From NCBI RefSeq assembly GCF_036321535.1, contig NC_087437.1, forward strand, positions 46,006,001 to 46,070,000: a stretch of 64,000 bases of DNA, written 5' to 3'. The notes below the pieces were generated by a model. It did no database searches. It had not been told where the DNA came from and was given only the letters and a program-made list of their open reading frames with translations. Source of the DNA: Camelus dromedarius (taxonomy: Eukaryota). Shown here in pieces: positions 11,713 to 23,599 of this stretch; position 1 is the first letter of the stretch; each line of letters begins with the position of its first letter. A program made the translations under genes and the position numbers.

Positions 11713-14095
11713 GACATCTCACACCCATCCTAGAGTATAGCCCCAGCAGAGTCCCTTCCCTCCGACTCTTGTTAACAGGGCAATTAATGGTACTCTTAGG
11801 GAGTCCAATCCCAGAGGTGGTGAACAGTAAACCTCTCCAGCATCACCTCTCTCACACGGCTGTTTTCTTTTTTTTACATTCAAGTATCTGCTGATGATAG
11901 AGCAGGAGATACCACCATGGTGGTCTCCAAACCAGATCAAATTGTACCAATTCTTCACTACACATCCCTGGGGTCCCAGCCATCTGTACTATGGGGATAT
12001 ATAAATATCTCGATGTTAGCTGCTCTATCTTTTGCATTCCAGTGACTTCTACTGTAAATGTCATTTGTGAAACGAGTCGAATTCCATGTACTAGAAAAAT
12101 ACAAAGTCCAAAACAGTGCCAATATTTCTATCATCTCTCTCCCTTGACTTACTACCATTCACATTCTTCTCAATTATTTTTATATAAATAACACAAAAAT
12201 TGAACAAACCCAGCAAATTATTTCTACCAACTTCAACAAAATGTGTCAAGTCAGAAATTCTTTGTAGTAATAACTTCTGTAGTAAATTAGAGGATTCCTT
12301 TGTCAGCTACTCAAGTGACAAGTTTGTACTTATATATTTCATTACTATATAGGAACAAATGTATTTGTTCAACAGGTAGTCATTCAAAAGGTCCATTAGT
12401 CACATCTTTTTATCAGTAACCCCTATGTTTATATTAAGGTCTGCCCTTTCTGCTTATTAGCTTGAAAGGTTCCCAGGACACAGGAAGTAGTTATTTCTTT
12501 TTCTTTTGATAGGCATGTATCATGGTAATCACGGTAAATCTTAATTAGATGTTGAGAACACAGGCAACAAAAAGATTCCTGGACACATGTAAAAAGTTAT
12601 TAAAATATTTCACACTTCTTTGAAGCAACCTATGCAAAAATACAACCTTCACAAGGAGCCACTCCATTTACCACAGGTGTCTCCCATAATAACCAAATCT
12701 GGTGTATGTTGGGAGAAAAACATAAACTGGTGGTGAGCTTTGCAATAATTTTTACACCATTAAAAGTCCCTTAATTAAGTTCCTTAACAGTTAAAAAATA
12801 AACTTTTTCCATGTACATATTGTTTTCATTCTTACAGTCTAATATTTAGCCCTCTAGGTCTGATTCTAACTATCCAATGGAAAAAAAAAAGGAGTTATTT
12901 ATGGATTTAATGGTTGTGATTACATGTATCACACGGTGCATGACAGCACAACTAGGGGAAAAAAATCATATTCCAAAGAAGCAGGAAAACCTTGATTTAA
13001 GAGCAAAAAGGAACAACGAATTACAAGCACTCTCAGGCATACTTTCTTCCTGCTGCCCCTCCTCCACAGGTAAACGCTGACTATTTCTAGAACGCGCTCA
13101 ATGATAATTTCCGAAGCTGGCTTGCCATGAACTCCCATGATACTAACCAACATACACGCTGTTTTCATGGAGACAAAGCTGCCCTATTTCCCTAGACTTT
13201 AAACTTACTAAAATGATGAGAACATACAGTCCCACGAAGTCAAGATTGCTAAAATACACCAATGCAGCATGGATCTTATTTAACAAAAATGAAAATAAAC
13301 CACACTGAGAAAACCAAAAAGTCACTCACTGTATCTTCAACGTGTAATCAGGATTTTTCTTACAATAACTTTTAAGTAAGTAGATAAAAATACCACCAGG
13401 CCCTTATATTATCCAATCTGATAAAGGAGTCTTCAGGGGGAAGAGGGGGGAGGGAAACGATTACTTAATTATATGGGGGAGGGGGAAATCAAACCATTCA
13501 GACTAAAAATAACCCATCATTCCACCCATATTTTATTAACAAGCTTGTTTAGATCAGCATTAGGGTCTTGTTTGGAAAACAAGAAAGCCAAGAGTCAACT
13601 TCCTTCAGTCAACTGTAAATCACATAGGTGCTGAAACTCTTCACCTTGGTGCCCGCACAGTCCACGGTTTTAAGCAAAACTCCAGACACCGAGAAAAATC
13701 TAGTTTTCAACTAGGTTCCAATACTTTTGTCATTTGTAGTCACCAAATTATTTTCTAGAATGTTATTAGATAACCTAACAACGGGAGCAGCTCTTAAGAG
13801 CCATTACATTTTACATGAAATACACCATTTCCACAACCTAAATTTATTCTCGGTTGCCACTGCAAAGTGATGCCTGTTTCAGCAAATTAGGAACTTCCAA
13901 AAATACTGAACACGTTACCACATGCATGGCTTCCCTCGAGCTGCCATTTCAGATTAATATTTCACTTAAATAAAAGCCTGCTTCTGTTCAAAAAATGACA
14001 TCGGTTGCAAAGAGGAAGTTACCGAGAAACCACCCTCACAACGTGGCCTTTACACTGTCAGAAAATAATGTGACTCTGAGCCACCCAAAACTTAC

Positions 14096-14187
14096 CAGGA
14101 AGCTGGCAATAACTTTGCCAATTCTACACTTCTGAACCCAACTTCAAAGAAGCTCTATCAAATACCTCCTCAAGACGATAAAAAGCA
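14096..14187 (-). other. Candidate alternative 5'-UTR exon just downstream of exon 1
   Basis: Donor CTG|GTAAGT at 14096/14095. Possible acceptor gtgtttatttgtaacttag| at 14188/14187. Could instead be the end of an alternative first exon. Confidence 0.35.
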
Positions 14188-14485
14188 CTAAGTTACAAAT
14201 AAACACGTCCCGGAGTGCGGCCCCGCGGCCGCGCGCCCCTCCCCCTCCCGGGACGCGCGGCCCCAACAGCCGCCCGCAGCCCCCGCACGCCGGCCGGGGT
14301 CGCCGCGCCAGGGCCGGGGCCGCGCCGGGGGAGGGGAGCGGATTTCCATCGCTGCCTAAGGTTTAACAAAATAACGTGCACCCAAAAAATCCCTCTCCTC
14401 TGCTAAAAATAGGCTATAAAGGAGTCGGCCTCATGATGGCTCCTTGATTCAGTTTGCTGCAAATTCTTTCCTGAAAGCCTCCCCC

Positions 14486-14498
14486 TACATACATACAT

Positions 14499-14539
<41 letters not shown>
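14486..14539. repeat. (TACA)n/(CA)n microsatellite inside the CpG island
   Basis: Direct reading. Confidence 0.95.
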
Positions 14540-14547
<8 letters not shown>

Positions 14548-14900
14548 TGTAAATGCACGAAGGGTGGAAGAGGGGGAGAAGGCCGAGGTGCACATTTCGG
14601 GAACAACAACATAATAAGGGTGAGGATCCCCCGGGACCGGGAAAGGGTAGGGGGTGGGCAGGCACGTGAGCATTTCAAAGAAGCCAGGGAGAGCAAAAAG
14701 GGGGGATGGGGCACCCTAAATGCCTTCCCTTCCTTCCCCTCCCCCACCAAGCCCCTGGCTCCCTGAAGGGCCAAGTTGAAAAATGCATGTTCCACGGCGC
14801 CCATCCCCCCGCGGCCCGGCGTCCCCCGGCCTTCTCCGCCCGCGCCCCCCGCCACGGCCCGCGGCCGCCCCCACCTCGGGGTCCGGCCCCCGGCGCTTAC

Positions 14901-15330
14901 CTGGGAACGGTGGCCTCCGACGCCGCTCCCCCCTCCCGGGAATGGAGGCACAAGGAAATTCCCCTCCTCGCCGCCGCCACCGCCTCCAACCACCCCCAAA
15001 ATAACCCCTCCGGGGGGTGAGAGGCAATTATAACCCCGGCGAGCGGAGGGCGCGGGGGATGGGCGCCGGGCGGGCGGGGGCGGGGAGCGCGGCGCGGGTC
15101 CCCAGGTGGCGAGCGGAGGTGCTCCCGCCGCGGGGGGAGGGGCGGGGGCGCACGCGGCCGGCGGCGGGGGGAGGCGGCGCGCGGGGGAAGGGCGCGAGCG
15201 GGGAGAGGAATTGAGGCAGAAGGTAAAAGCTGTTACTAAGGGAAAGAGCCAAGCGGTTCGGAGCAGCCAACGGCTCAGACACTCAACACTGGGGAGAGAG
15301 GAATGGGGACCAGCCAGGCACAAATGAGCT
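14901..15330 (-). other. TBL1XR1: Non-coding first exon (5' UTR), probably TBL1XR1; 5' boundary uncertain
   Basis: Minus strand GGTTATAATTGCCTCTCACCCCCCGGAGGGGTTATTTTGGGGGTGGTTGGAGGCGG...GAGGGGAATTTCCTTGTGCCTCCATTCCCGGG...GGCCACCGTTCCCAG|GTAAGC matches my recollection of the human TBL1XR1 mRNA leader. No minus-strand ATG occurs between 14901 and 15849. Gene identity is recalled, not aligned. Confidence 0.72.
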
Positions 15331-15340
15331 CGCTAGGCCC

Positions 15341-15341
<1 letters not shown>

Positions 15342-15386
<45 letters not shown>
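15342..15386. repeat. Pure (CGG)15 trinucleotide repeat
   Basis: 45 nt of uninterrupted CGG, read directly. Confidence 0.97.
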
Positions 15387-15387
<1 letters not shown>

Positions 15388-16688
15388 CGCGCAGCAAAAC
15401 AAACCCGAGCGGCCTGCGCCGGGGGGGGCGGGCGCGCGGGGGAGGGGCCGGCGGGGGAGGGGCGCCGCGGACGCGGGGAGGCGGCGGCGGCGCGGCGGGG
15501 GGGGCCTCCGCCGGCCCTGCTCCTCTCCCTCCCGCCCGCCAAGGCGATGCTGGGGGCTGGGCGGGTGCGGCGCAGGCTTTTAAAAAGAAAGAAAGGCCCG
15601 CAGGCGCTCCGAGGCGCCGCTGGGGCCCCGGCCGCCCCGCCCCCGCCGCCCCCACCGCCGCGCGCGGCCGGGTGCGGGGCGGCCTGGGTGTTGGCCGCGC
15701 GGCCCGAGGCCCGGTGGGGGCGGGGAGCTCGCGCCGCCGCTGGTGGGGCAACGCCGGTTAACTTTCCTGGGGAGGCCAGTGGGGCTCCCGCGGGTTCGGG
15801 GTCAGCCTGGCCCTGCGGGCACCCCGGCTGCGCGGCGCGGCCGGCGGGCCATACGCACGCGGTGAGCGTGTGCGGGGAGCGCGGCGCAGGCATCATATGG
15901 ACATTTGTTTGGGAAAGATCCGCACGCACCTTCGTGTGCATAAATACATATGTTTTTCGGAATCGTACCTGGAAAGGTGCTTTATCTGTAATAAGCGATT
16001 TTCAAAATGTAATCCAGAGCACAGGATCTGTAGAGAAAACACACGCACACAAGAAAGGGGTTTTGATACTAAACACAAAGCTGTAATTGAAGTGTTTATG
16101 CCCAAATGTACTGTGGATTAAACATATGGTGGTATTTATCGTCTGGTGGGTCTGTTTGAAAGGTTTGGTCGATCAGTTAGCATTTCACAAAAATAAAATA
16201 ATGTAACTAAATGTTTACTAAACATATACCTCTACGGCAGCATCGACAGTAGAAGTTTATCCACTTCGTGTACTTTTCGCATGTGTATAGCACATCAAGG
16301 TGGTTTAATAGCATACAACTTAGATGAGTGATAATGTGACATGATGGAGGAAGACAGTGCAACGGGTTGTTTTTAAAAAGCGAGGCACCTCCCAATTTTT
16401 CAAACAAATGTGTTTATTTTTATAAGGCCCTCAAAAAGCAGGGCTTGGGGGTCTTCTGAGACCTTTATATAAGCCTGGGGTATAGAAAGCAGCTTACCAT
16501 TTTAAGATTTGGCCTAAAGGAAACCTTTTTGTTGTTATTTTCAATTATTGCAATCTTCAAAGTAAAATTTTTTGCAGCCTTTTTAGGTGAAGATTTCTGT
16601 TTCGGTGCTTTCATCAAAATATTTGGAAATCGATGTAGTCACTATTTTAAAGCAGTAGTCTTTTCCTTTCAATTAATATCATAGACCT

Positions 16689-16691
<3 letters not shown>

Positions 16692-16721
<30 letters not shown>
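16692..16721. repeat. (CA)15 microsatellite
   Basis: Direct reading. Confidence 0.95.
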
Positions 16722-16725
<4 letters not shown>

Positions 16726-18733
16726 TTCATCTGAAGTAACTTTTACACATCTGGGTTGCTTAATAAGCTCATAAACTCAGTGATGAGACATGCTTTTTTT
16801 GGCCAAGGTCAAAGGCTCCTGCCCCTGAGGAGCCCTTGCAGGAGGAGAGTGGAGGGAGGAGCAGCCAGAGGCCTTTCCAGACCTTTGGGGGGTGGGGGGG
16901 CAGGAAAACCATCAGAGGAAAGGGAGTGAGATTGGAAACTCCCTCCCAACCACCAGAAAGAGAGTTCAAAGCATCTCCGTGGTTTGTCCTTAGAGCTACT
17001 TTCATATACGAAAGAGGGAATGTTAGATTAAACAATGTCACCCGATGGGAATTTAGATAACTGCAGGTTTCCAAAACACTGCTGCATGTACAGGGAACAG
17101 CACAAAGAGAGCTAGTTTTGCATTTCAGTAAGATCCTAAGCTCAGGCTTATTTACTACAGAACTAGCCCCTTTGCAAAGACTCCAGAAGTGATGAGAATA
17201 TAGTATATTCCCTTTTCTTTCCAAATATTTTTAAGCATTGATTAATTACTTACATTTGTTACTAATCATAGTCCTGTCTTCAATTAGCAAACTGTAACAG
17301 CACAACTAGGGTTCATTATCTGAGCTACCCAATGAAACAAGACTATTGGCCTGGCTTGTTTTTGAAGTTTCATTGTGCACCAAGCATGTGTTCTCTCCAA
17401 GCAGCAACTGCTGTAAAAACAAACCACTCACTCATCCAGTAAGTGAGGACTTCCCAACTACACTGATTCTTAATAGGGTTATCTCCAAACCTGGGACTCC
17501 AGACTAATCTTCCCTCAAAATGACCTCATTCTCTCCCTTCAGAAAGGAGGGCCCACTCTCCCTCAGGTTCACGGGGTCCAGGGCTTCCAGACCCAAAATT
17601 CTTATACTAAGCTACCATACACTAAGCTGTCTACACTAAGCTGCCTCCTTTCCTAACAAACTCCTTCGTTGTTATTATCACAATGACAAAAATAACCCAT
17701 GCATTGGTTTACATTCTTGTAGTTTACAAGGTATTTTTGTGCATAAATGACTTCATTTGAATTTCATGATAAAAGTCACCAAAGGTGGACACCTGTGCCA
17801 AAACTTGTCCCACTTCATGCCCTATGCTCACTGGAGACAAACTTTAAGTACCCTTTGGACAAAAAAAGCACTAATTGTGCAAAAGCCTTGATCCTCCCAG
17901 CAAAGGGGTTTTAAATGAGGCCATATTTTGTTCATTTGATTTTTATATTCTAGAATCTATCTGATATAATACCACAGCTTCTACATGAAATGCTCAAATA
18001 AGCCACTGTACAAAAGTCACATGTATTGTTACCCTACCCTCTACTCATCCCAGCACATCTAGAGACCTCACCAAAATGCAAGCCATAATTAGGCACAAGA
18101 GTGAGGTAAGGACAAAAGTAACTGTTGTTACTAATTTTCAGTGCTTTGTCCTAATCTAAAAGCTGTCCTTAAGCTTTGAATATAAATGTTAATATGTTTC
18201 TAGAAAGGAGAAATTACACTGTTACTAAGAAATTTTAAAGCAAAGAGGCACATTATTAAGAGAGTTCTCTTGAACTTCCTAGCTAATTACTCAACAAAGA
18301 GAAACCTCATACCAGTAACTGTTACCAGAAGTTGCATGTGTATTATAAAATGGCTAAACAAATCTTGACTTGTTTTATTTCAGTAATATTGCATCCAGGG
18401 GTGTGGTATGGCAAGATAGCCCACACCTTTGCAACTTTCATCACTCAGGAAACAGAACCGTTTAAAATTAAGGTGGTTTAATCCCAGGCCTACATGATCT
18501 CATTACTATATTTTTAAAGCCACCATGATGTTTACAGTTGTTTACATTAGCTGACCTATATAATTAAAATATTCAAAACCAACTTAATAGCATGAAAAAT
18601 ATATTTGATACCAAAAATATTACCCTGGCACTATAACTCTTTTTTGTATTCTTACTCACCCAGGAACTTAGTGGCTTTATGTCTGCAGCATTTACCCCTA
18701 GGCGTCTTGCTGGTACCCTGTAATACATTTCTG

Positions 18734-18748
18734 TTTCATTTTGACTCA
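18734..18748 (+). promoter_or_regulatory. AP-1/IRF composite element (AICE1-type TTTC-N4-TGACTCA)
   Basis: tttc attt tgactca is an exact match to the AICE1 consensus. Motif only. Confidence 0.45.
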
Positions 18749-19187
18749 GTTTGTGCAATTCTTTGTCTGTGGTTCTTCCAGCTATCAGCTATTGCCAGCC
18801 GCACTGATGCATGTCTCAGCCACACATTTCAAGATCTCGGCACACAAGCTCCTTTTCTCCATCTGTGCTTAGCATGCGACTTGTGACCTTTCCTCATCAC
18901 TGTGAACCTTGTGACAGTTTTCCATGACTCTGTGACCCGATTTCATTACAACAATGAACTTTACTTGGGAGTCTTCATTTAAATTACAAAAGCAACACAC
19001 AATCATCTTACAAGTATTTATGCTTCTCAGATAATGGAAATAGCAGGTCGTATCCTGCCTTTGTGATTAGTCAGAAAAGAAAACCAACCCCACACAGAGC
19101 TTTTGCTGTACCACTTATACTGACCAGCCATGTGCTTCCTCAGGGCAGTGCTTAAGGCCCTGTATTATGTTGATGGTTTTGCTATTC

Positions 19188-20590
19188 ATTCATTCCACAA
19201 ACATTTATTGAATGCTTAGTGTGCTGGGCATCTTTCAAGAAGCTGTTTACAGTAAACCGAACACAACCCCTACTTTCATGAAATTTACATTCCAGCCCCA
19301 TCAGGTGGGGGATGGGAGGGCCAGACACACTTACAAAAAATATGTCTGTATTAAGTTATAGTTTGACTTCTGTAACAAAGGCAATTTTTTAAAAAATGGC
19401 TTAAACAAGATAAAAGTGTATTCTCTTATGTGGTCATTCAAATATAAGCATTCTAGAACTGATACGGTGTCAAGGACCCAGATTGTTCTACTACCTCAAC
19501 ACATATCTTCCATCTGGTGTTTCAAGATGGCTTTTCTAGCTCCTGCCATCACATTAAAATTCCAACCATTGGTTCAGAAAGGAGAAGAAATAGAAGAGTT
19601 ACGTATTCTCCTTCAGGACTTGTCCTGGCGGTTGTACTTATCACTTCCACTTGGACTCCAGCGGCCGGAACTTGGGCATATGAGTGTATATAAACTGCTA
19701 GCAAGTCAGGCAAATGACAGGTACCAAGCTTAAGTAAAATAAGGTGGGGAGAGGGCTGGGGGTGTATGTTATTTTAAGGGCATTTAGAGGAGGCTGCTCA
19801 GTTAAGGTGACTTGTGAGCAGAAAGTGAAAGGAAGTTGGGGGTGAGTGTGCAAATATCAGAAGAAGGAGCATTCCAGGCTGAGCGAATATCAAGTACAAA
19901 GGAACAGAGGCAAAAGCAAGTGTGGGGAATTCTAGGAATAAAAGTGATTCTGGTTGACTGGCTCGAGGTCAGTGAAGGAGTGGAAGGAGAGGGAGCCACG
20001 AGCCAGATGTGAAAGCCTTTATCTTCTTAGGAGATGGGAAGCCATTAGAAGATTTTGATGGAGAAGTGACCGACTTCTGTTTTACTGTGCAGAGTATCAA
20101 GCGTCAGAGCGCAACAGTGGAAAGGGACAACTAGTTAGGGGCTAGTGCAGAAATCCCAGGGAGAGGATGGCAGCATGGGGCATGGTGGTAGGAGCTGGCT
20201 GGAAGAAGCTCAGCTCTGTGTACATGAGAAATGAGGAGATCAGGAAATATATTTGTGGCGTGTGACAGAAACAGAAGAGTCAAAGATGACTCTTTAGATT
20301 TTAGACCAAACAAGTGGAGGGATGAAATGGCCATTTACTGAGATGGGAAAAGCTGGGAGAGGAGAAAGTTTGTGAGAGGAAAAAATCAAGAGTTTTGTTT
20401 TAGAGTTTGATGTGACTAACAGACAGTCTTGGGAAGCTGTCAAATAGGCAGCCAGATATACAAATCTTGTGTTCAGTGGAGGTACTGGAGCTGGAAATAT
20501 AATGTTGGGACTCGTCAGTTAGGTAAGGATATTTGAAATCATAGGTCAAGGTACAATTGTCTAGAGAGTGAGTGTAGGTAAAGAAGAGTT
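19188..20590 (-). mobile_element. LINE-2 fragment interrupted by an MLT1 LTR
   Basis: Tail 'ttcattcattccacaaacatttattgaatgc'; body 'gagatgggaagccattagaagattttg', 'gtcaaagatgactc', 'gccatttactgagatggg'. Confidence 0.75.
19346..19725 (-). mobile_element. MLT1J-like MaLR LTR nested in L2
   Basis: 'tggcttaaacaagataaaag...caagatggct...ctcctgccatcaca...gccggaacttgggcatatg'. Confidence 0.6.
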
Positions 20591-20729
20591 CTCTGTTACC
20601 TTCAACTGTCTCCTGCCCCCAAATTTCTCCCCTGCTCTTGATGGACTCAGAAGCCTAAACATTGTATCCCAGGTGGACATTAGGTGACATTCTATTTGTA
20701 CAAGGACATTGATGGAAACAACAGATCAT

Positions 20730-20960
20730 ACTAATGGCTGCCATTTATTGAAGCTTGCTGCTTGTTACCAAGAACTTTTATCTTTGCTGTCCCTAATTTT
20801 CTCAAAGACTTGAAGAGGTAGTAAATAAGATTGCTATCTCAGTTTGACTTCTGAGGAAACTAAAGGAATGAGACTAAATAGTTTGTCTAAGTTCATGTGG
20901 CAAATGGCAAAACAAGGATTTGCACTCAAGGCTGTCTGAGTGCCATGTCAGCTTTTCCAC
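20730..20960 (-). mobile_element. MIR SINE
   Basis: 'aatggctgccatttattga'...'ctgaggaaact'...'aggatttgcactcaagg'. Confidence 0.55.
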
Positions 20961-23599
20961 TGAGTGAAGCTAAGCAGATCAAGGCAAGAAAGTGCAAGTG
21001 TTTGCTGCCAAGTCCTTCCATGAATGGGGAGAGAGAGAAATGCAAAGTAGAAAAAAGAAGAAACTGCTTCAGGGGAGGAACCGTGTCTTAATCACACTTG
21101 TATGACCCACATTTTCTAGATCAGAATCTCAAAAAAATGTTTAGTGAATGCAGTGGTTATAATCAATCAACTGGATTCCCTCCCTTGCACCTTTGATACT
21201 ATTAGTGCATCTACTGATTCCACAAGGAAGACCTTTGTCCCACACACTCCCTACCTCTCACCACCACCTCCCCTGCCCCCACATGGCAATTAGGGTGTGG
21301 AGTGTTCTTGAAGACAAGTTTTGTGGGCAAATAAGACAATATACAGTAATTCAGTTTCATTTATTATGAATTTGAAAACCTAGTTTTCCTTTAAGCTTTC
21401 AATTTCAAGTCCCATGTCTAAGTCTCTCTTTTGAGGGGACTGTTTACAACTTGGTTAATTAAATTCCTTTGAATTATTAAACTGCATTTACACATTTAAT
21501 GTATTCAATCTTCTTTTTAAAATACTTCATTGCTCAACAAACAAAAGAATCACAAGTAAAGTAATGCTCATAAATATGATAAACTAAGTATAAAATACGG
21601 TGATTCTTAAGGTTTTTGAGTATTACAAAAACACTGACAGGTTTAATAAAATTCTCATATCTTATCACTTGAAATCACAAATCTAAATCATATAGAGCTA
21701 CAGAGCTCATATAGATGGCTTAAATTGTCATCACAAGGATGACCTGCTAGGCATTCTAAAATGTTTAACATTTACAAATGTTTAAAATACCATATGCAGA
21801 TATGCACAAATCATTTCTAAGCATAGAATAAAAATGGTAAATAGTATTATGAGTTTACTTTAGTAAACTTAAAAAGTTTAGGTAAGTAAGCTTTAAGTAA
21901 CTGTTGAGATACTTATCTCTAAGCTTTACTGAGGCCAAAAGAAACATGCTTTAAATAAATAATTCTACTGGCCCAGGTTAGTTAGTTGGAATGAGTGGCT
22001 AATTGTCCTGAGATGTTCTGGCTGGGGATGCAGACATTAGGGCAGTATTTTTCACAGCTAATAAAATTTGCTGAACCCCCCTTCATGCCAGCTGGTGGGA
22101 ACCCCAAGTGCTTGTATTCAAATGGGTGGTCTTGCCACAGTCCCTGTCCATAGATGCTTTCTGCACCTACTTTTTCCAAGTGATTTGTATTTGTACCCCT
22201 ACTGCTACATTGCTGACAAACATAGCTGGATTCAACCAATATGTACACCACTTCATTTTATTCTGAATTGTTTTCATTTTTTTCTTCTCTGATGGGACTA
22301 CTATTCTTACAGAAATTAACTGTGCATGTTCTCATGTCTGTGGCTGGCTCTGCAGTTCTGACCAAACATACATACACACACACACACACACACACCTTTA
22401 TTATAGCCACTGGATAGTGAGCAGACTTCACTTTGTGAGAAGAGTACCCCAAATGACCTTATGTCAAGATTTCTCAAACTTTTCCACTCATCATGGGCAC
22501 AGAGCCTGGGCTTTGGGGAGTAAAGGGTTCAACATTAAAGAAGTTTGGGAAATCTCACATGTTAAATCCATCATCTAGAGATTTGCAATGTTCTTTAGCA
22601 AATTAAAGACAGAAATCTTGCAGCATGAATATCTTATAAGCCCACTGAACCCCTTTTTAAAAGATATACCTTTCAAAATCTTGAAAGATAGTATTCTGTG
22701 GAGCACATTTGGTAAACTGTTCAGTTTGGCAGAATGTTTCTATTTTAATTTTTGATCTTTTATTTTTTACTTTTTGGAGATCAAAGCTTAGATATACAAC
22801 TAAATGGGCTTCCTAATATTTCTCTTCCCCTAAACTTATCCCACCTAGTCGCAGACAGAACTGAACAGTCACAGCCCTTTGCCACCAGGGAAACTGCTCA
22901 CCCAGGGGCAAAGGGTGAGAAAAACTGTGTGTCCTGTGGCAAGTCCCCTCCAAAAAGAGAGGGGAAGTCACTGAGTGCCTTGTGCTCACTCACTTCCTTC
23001 CTACAATCTTGAAAATCACTTGTCCTTTGCAAAGACTCAGAGGACTCGTCCTGGGGCGCAGGCAGTCAGTCCCTCCCTCTTCTTCTACAGCCTCCTGATG
23101 TTGTGGTCTTCCTTGCACAATACTTAAGGAAGACTGTGCATGCCAGTACCCAGATTATTTCTGAATCAAAATAAAACTAACTTGATTTCATACGTATTTA
23201 GTGATGGGTGTAATGGCCACACGGCTGGTTTAGAGGTCAGTGGTACTGGCTTCTGGGAGCAGCTCTACCCAAGTTGCCTGTGATGTTAGACAAGGCATCA
23301 GCCGGCTCAGAAACTCAGCTTCCTTGTTAGTAAAACAGGAACCACGTTAACAACATTGCTCCGGAGTGGCCATTCAGAGTATTTATCAACCAGTTCTGCA
23401 GCGCCCCATCAGCCACACCAGACCATCCTACTAACTGGCAGCCTCACAGTTCATCTCCGTCCTTCAGTCAACATCTCTCGGTGCCTAGCAGATGCCAGCT
23501 ATTTCACAGGGCTGTCCGTGCATCTAATTACTGTTTGTGAAAGCAGATCACAGCCTCCATACAAAAGCAAGGTATTTTCAGTCATTATGGGAAACCTTT

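Larger units (their letters stand above)
1..14900 (-). other. TBL1XR1: First intron of the minus-strand gene (probably TBL1XR1); continues beyond the window start
   Basis: Begins at the GTAAGC donor at 14900 on the minus strand. No recognisable coding exon lies in 1-14900. Both young L1 inserts lie antisense to the gene, as is usual in introns. Confidence 0.7.
14200..15960. promoter_or_regulatory. TBL1XR1: CpG-island promoter
   Basis: Very high GC and CpG density against an AT-rich, CpG-poor background. Many GGGCGG boxes and G-runs. Contains a first-exon splice donor. Confidence 0.95.

Noticed and set aside
14403..16086. Long ORFs (306, 202, 179, 158 and 152 aa) over the CpG island
   Set aside because: They are low-complexity Pro/Gly/Arg/Ala products of stop-poor GC-rich DNA, overlapping on both strands and in several cases starting at non-ATG codons. 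The 306-aa ORF runs through the splice donor and a CA repeat.
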